From Acidimicrobiales bacterium (lineage in GTDB: Bacteria > Actinomycetota > Acidimicrobiia > Acidimicrobiales > JACCXE01): 40,828 nt of DNA. The stretch is from positions 1 through 40,828 of the forward strand of contig JBKJQZ010000165.1 in assembly GCA_046594835.1 (NCBI GenBank), given 5' to 3'. Position 1 is the stretch's first letter. Every line of letters starts with the position of its first letter. A program made the translations under genes and the position numbers. Of this stretch, positions 40,672-40,828 are shown piece by piece. The notes under the pieces are model-generated. The model was not told the origin of the DNA, did no database searches, and was given only the letters and a program-made list of their open reading frames with translations.

Positions 40672-40780
40672 ATTGACGGCGATGGATCAGCCGCCGTTGT
40701 TCGTCATGGTTCGTGACCTGGGCATCTGTGCCGCGCTAGTCGGCCCGGCGCCCGCGGATGGCCGTCGATGTCCTCTGCGG

Positions 40781-40804
40781 CGTTTGCAATCCGTTTGCAA
40801 ACGG
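40781..40804. repeat. CGTTTGCAA direct repeat plus 14-bp palindrome; candidate integrase arm-type sites
   Basis: CGTTTGCAA at 40781-40789 and 40792-40800; CCGTTTGCAAACGG (40791-40804) is a perfect palindrome. Confidence 0.6.
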
Positions 40805-40828
40805 GAAACTTGAAAAGTCTTGATCAAC

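Larger units (their letters stand above)
40612..40828. mobile_element. Probable boundary of an integrative element inserted at tRNA-Tyr, extending beyond the window
   Basis: Displaced tRNA 3' fragment with the terminator on its chromosomal side, and CGTTTGCAA repeats about 110 bp inside. No integrase is visible in the window. Confidence 0.6.

Noticed and set aside
40612-40700. Intact tRNA-Tyr gene
   Set aside because: The expected 5' position reads CGGCGGC, pairing at only 4 of 7 positions with the 3' acceptor strand, and there is no D arm with the conserved GG; called a fragment instead.
40423-40716. 97-aa plus-strand ORF at the right end
   Set aside because: Overlaps the M23 gene, the terminator and the antisense of the tRNA fragment; spurious.

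Overview
High-GC bacterial chromosome segment; gene content and promoter style suggest Actinomycetota, probably Acidimicrobiia (inference). It is mostly respiratory genes. (1) Tail of a split, b6f-like Rieske/cytochrome b cluster: the last 11 codons of a cytochrome b6-like gene, a subunit IV-like gene, a Rieske protein, a dihaem cytochrome c and an unknown membrane protein, running directly into nuoA-D. (2) A 14-subunit complex I operon broken between nuoD and nuoE by a PD40 beta-propeller gene and an osmoprotectant ABC transporter; a Rex-like operator precedes nuoE. (3) After a VanZ-family gene, a second 11-subunit complex I-like operon (nuoABCDHIJKLMN, no nuoEFG). Its NuoD has substitutions at quinone-site residues, and it is followed by a MidA/NDUFAF7-family methyltransferase whose known target arginine is present only in this second NuoD. 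(4) acs, a HAD phosphatase, a sulfotransferase, htpX and an M23 peptidase. (5) At the right end, a 3' fragment of tRNA-Tyr with terminator and nearby short repeats, probably the junction of an integrated element that continues beyond the window. All calls come from motif recognition by eye; no searches were run.
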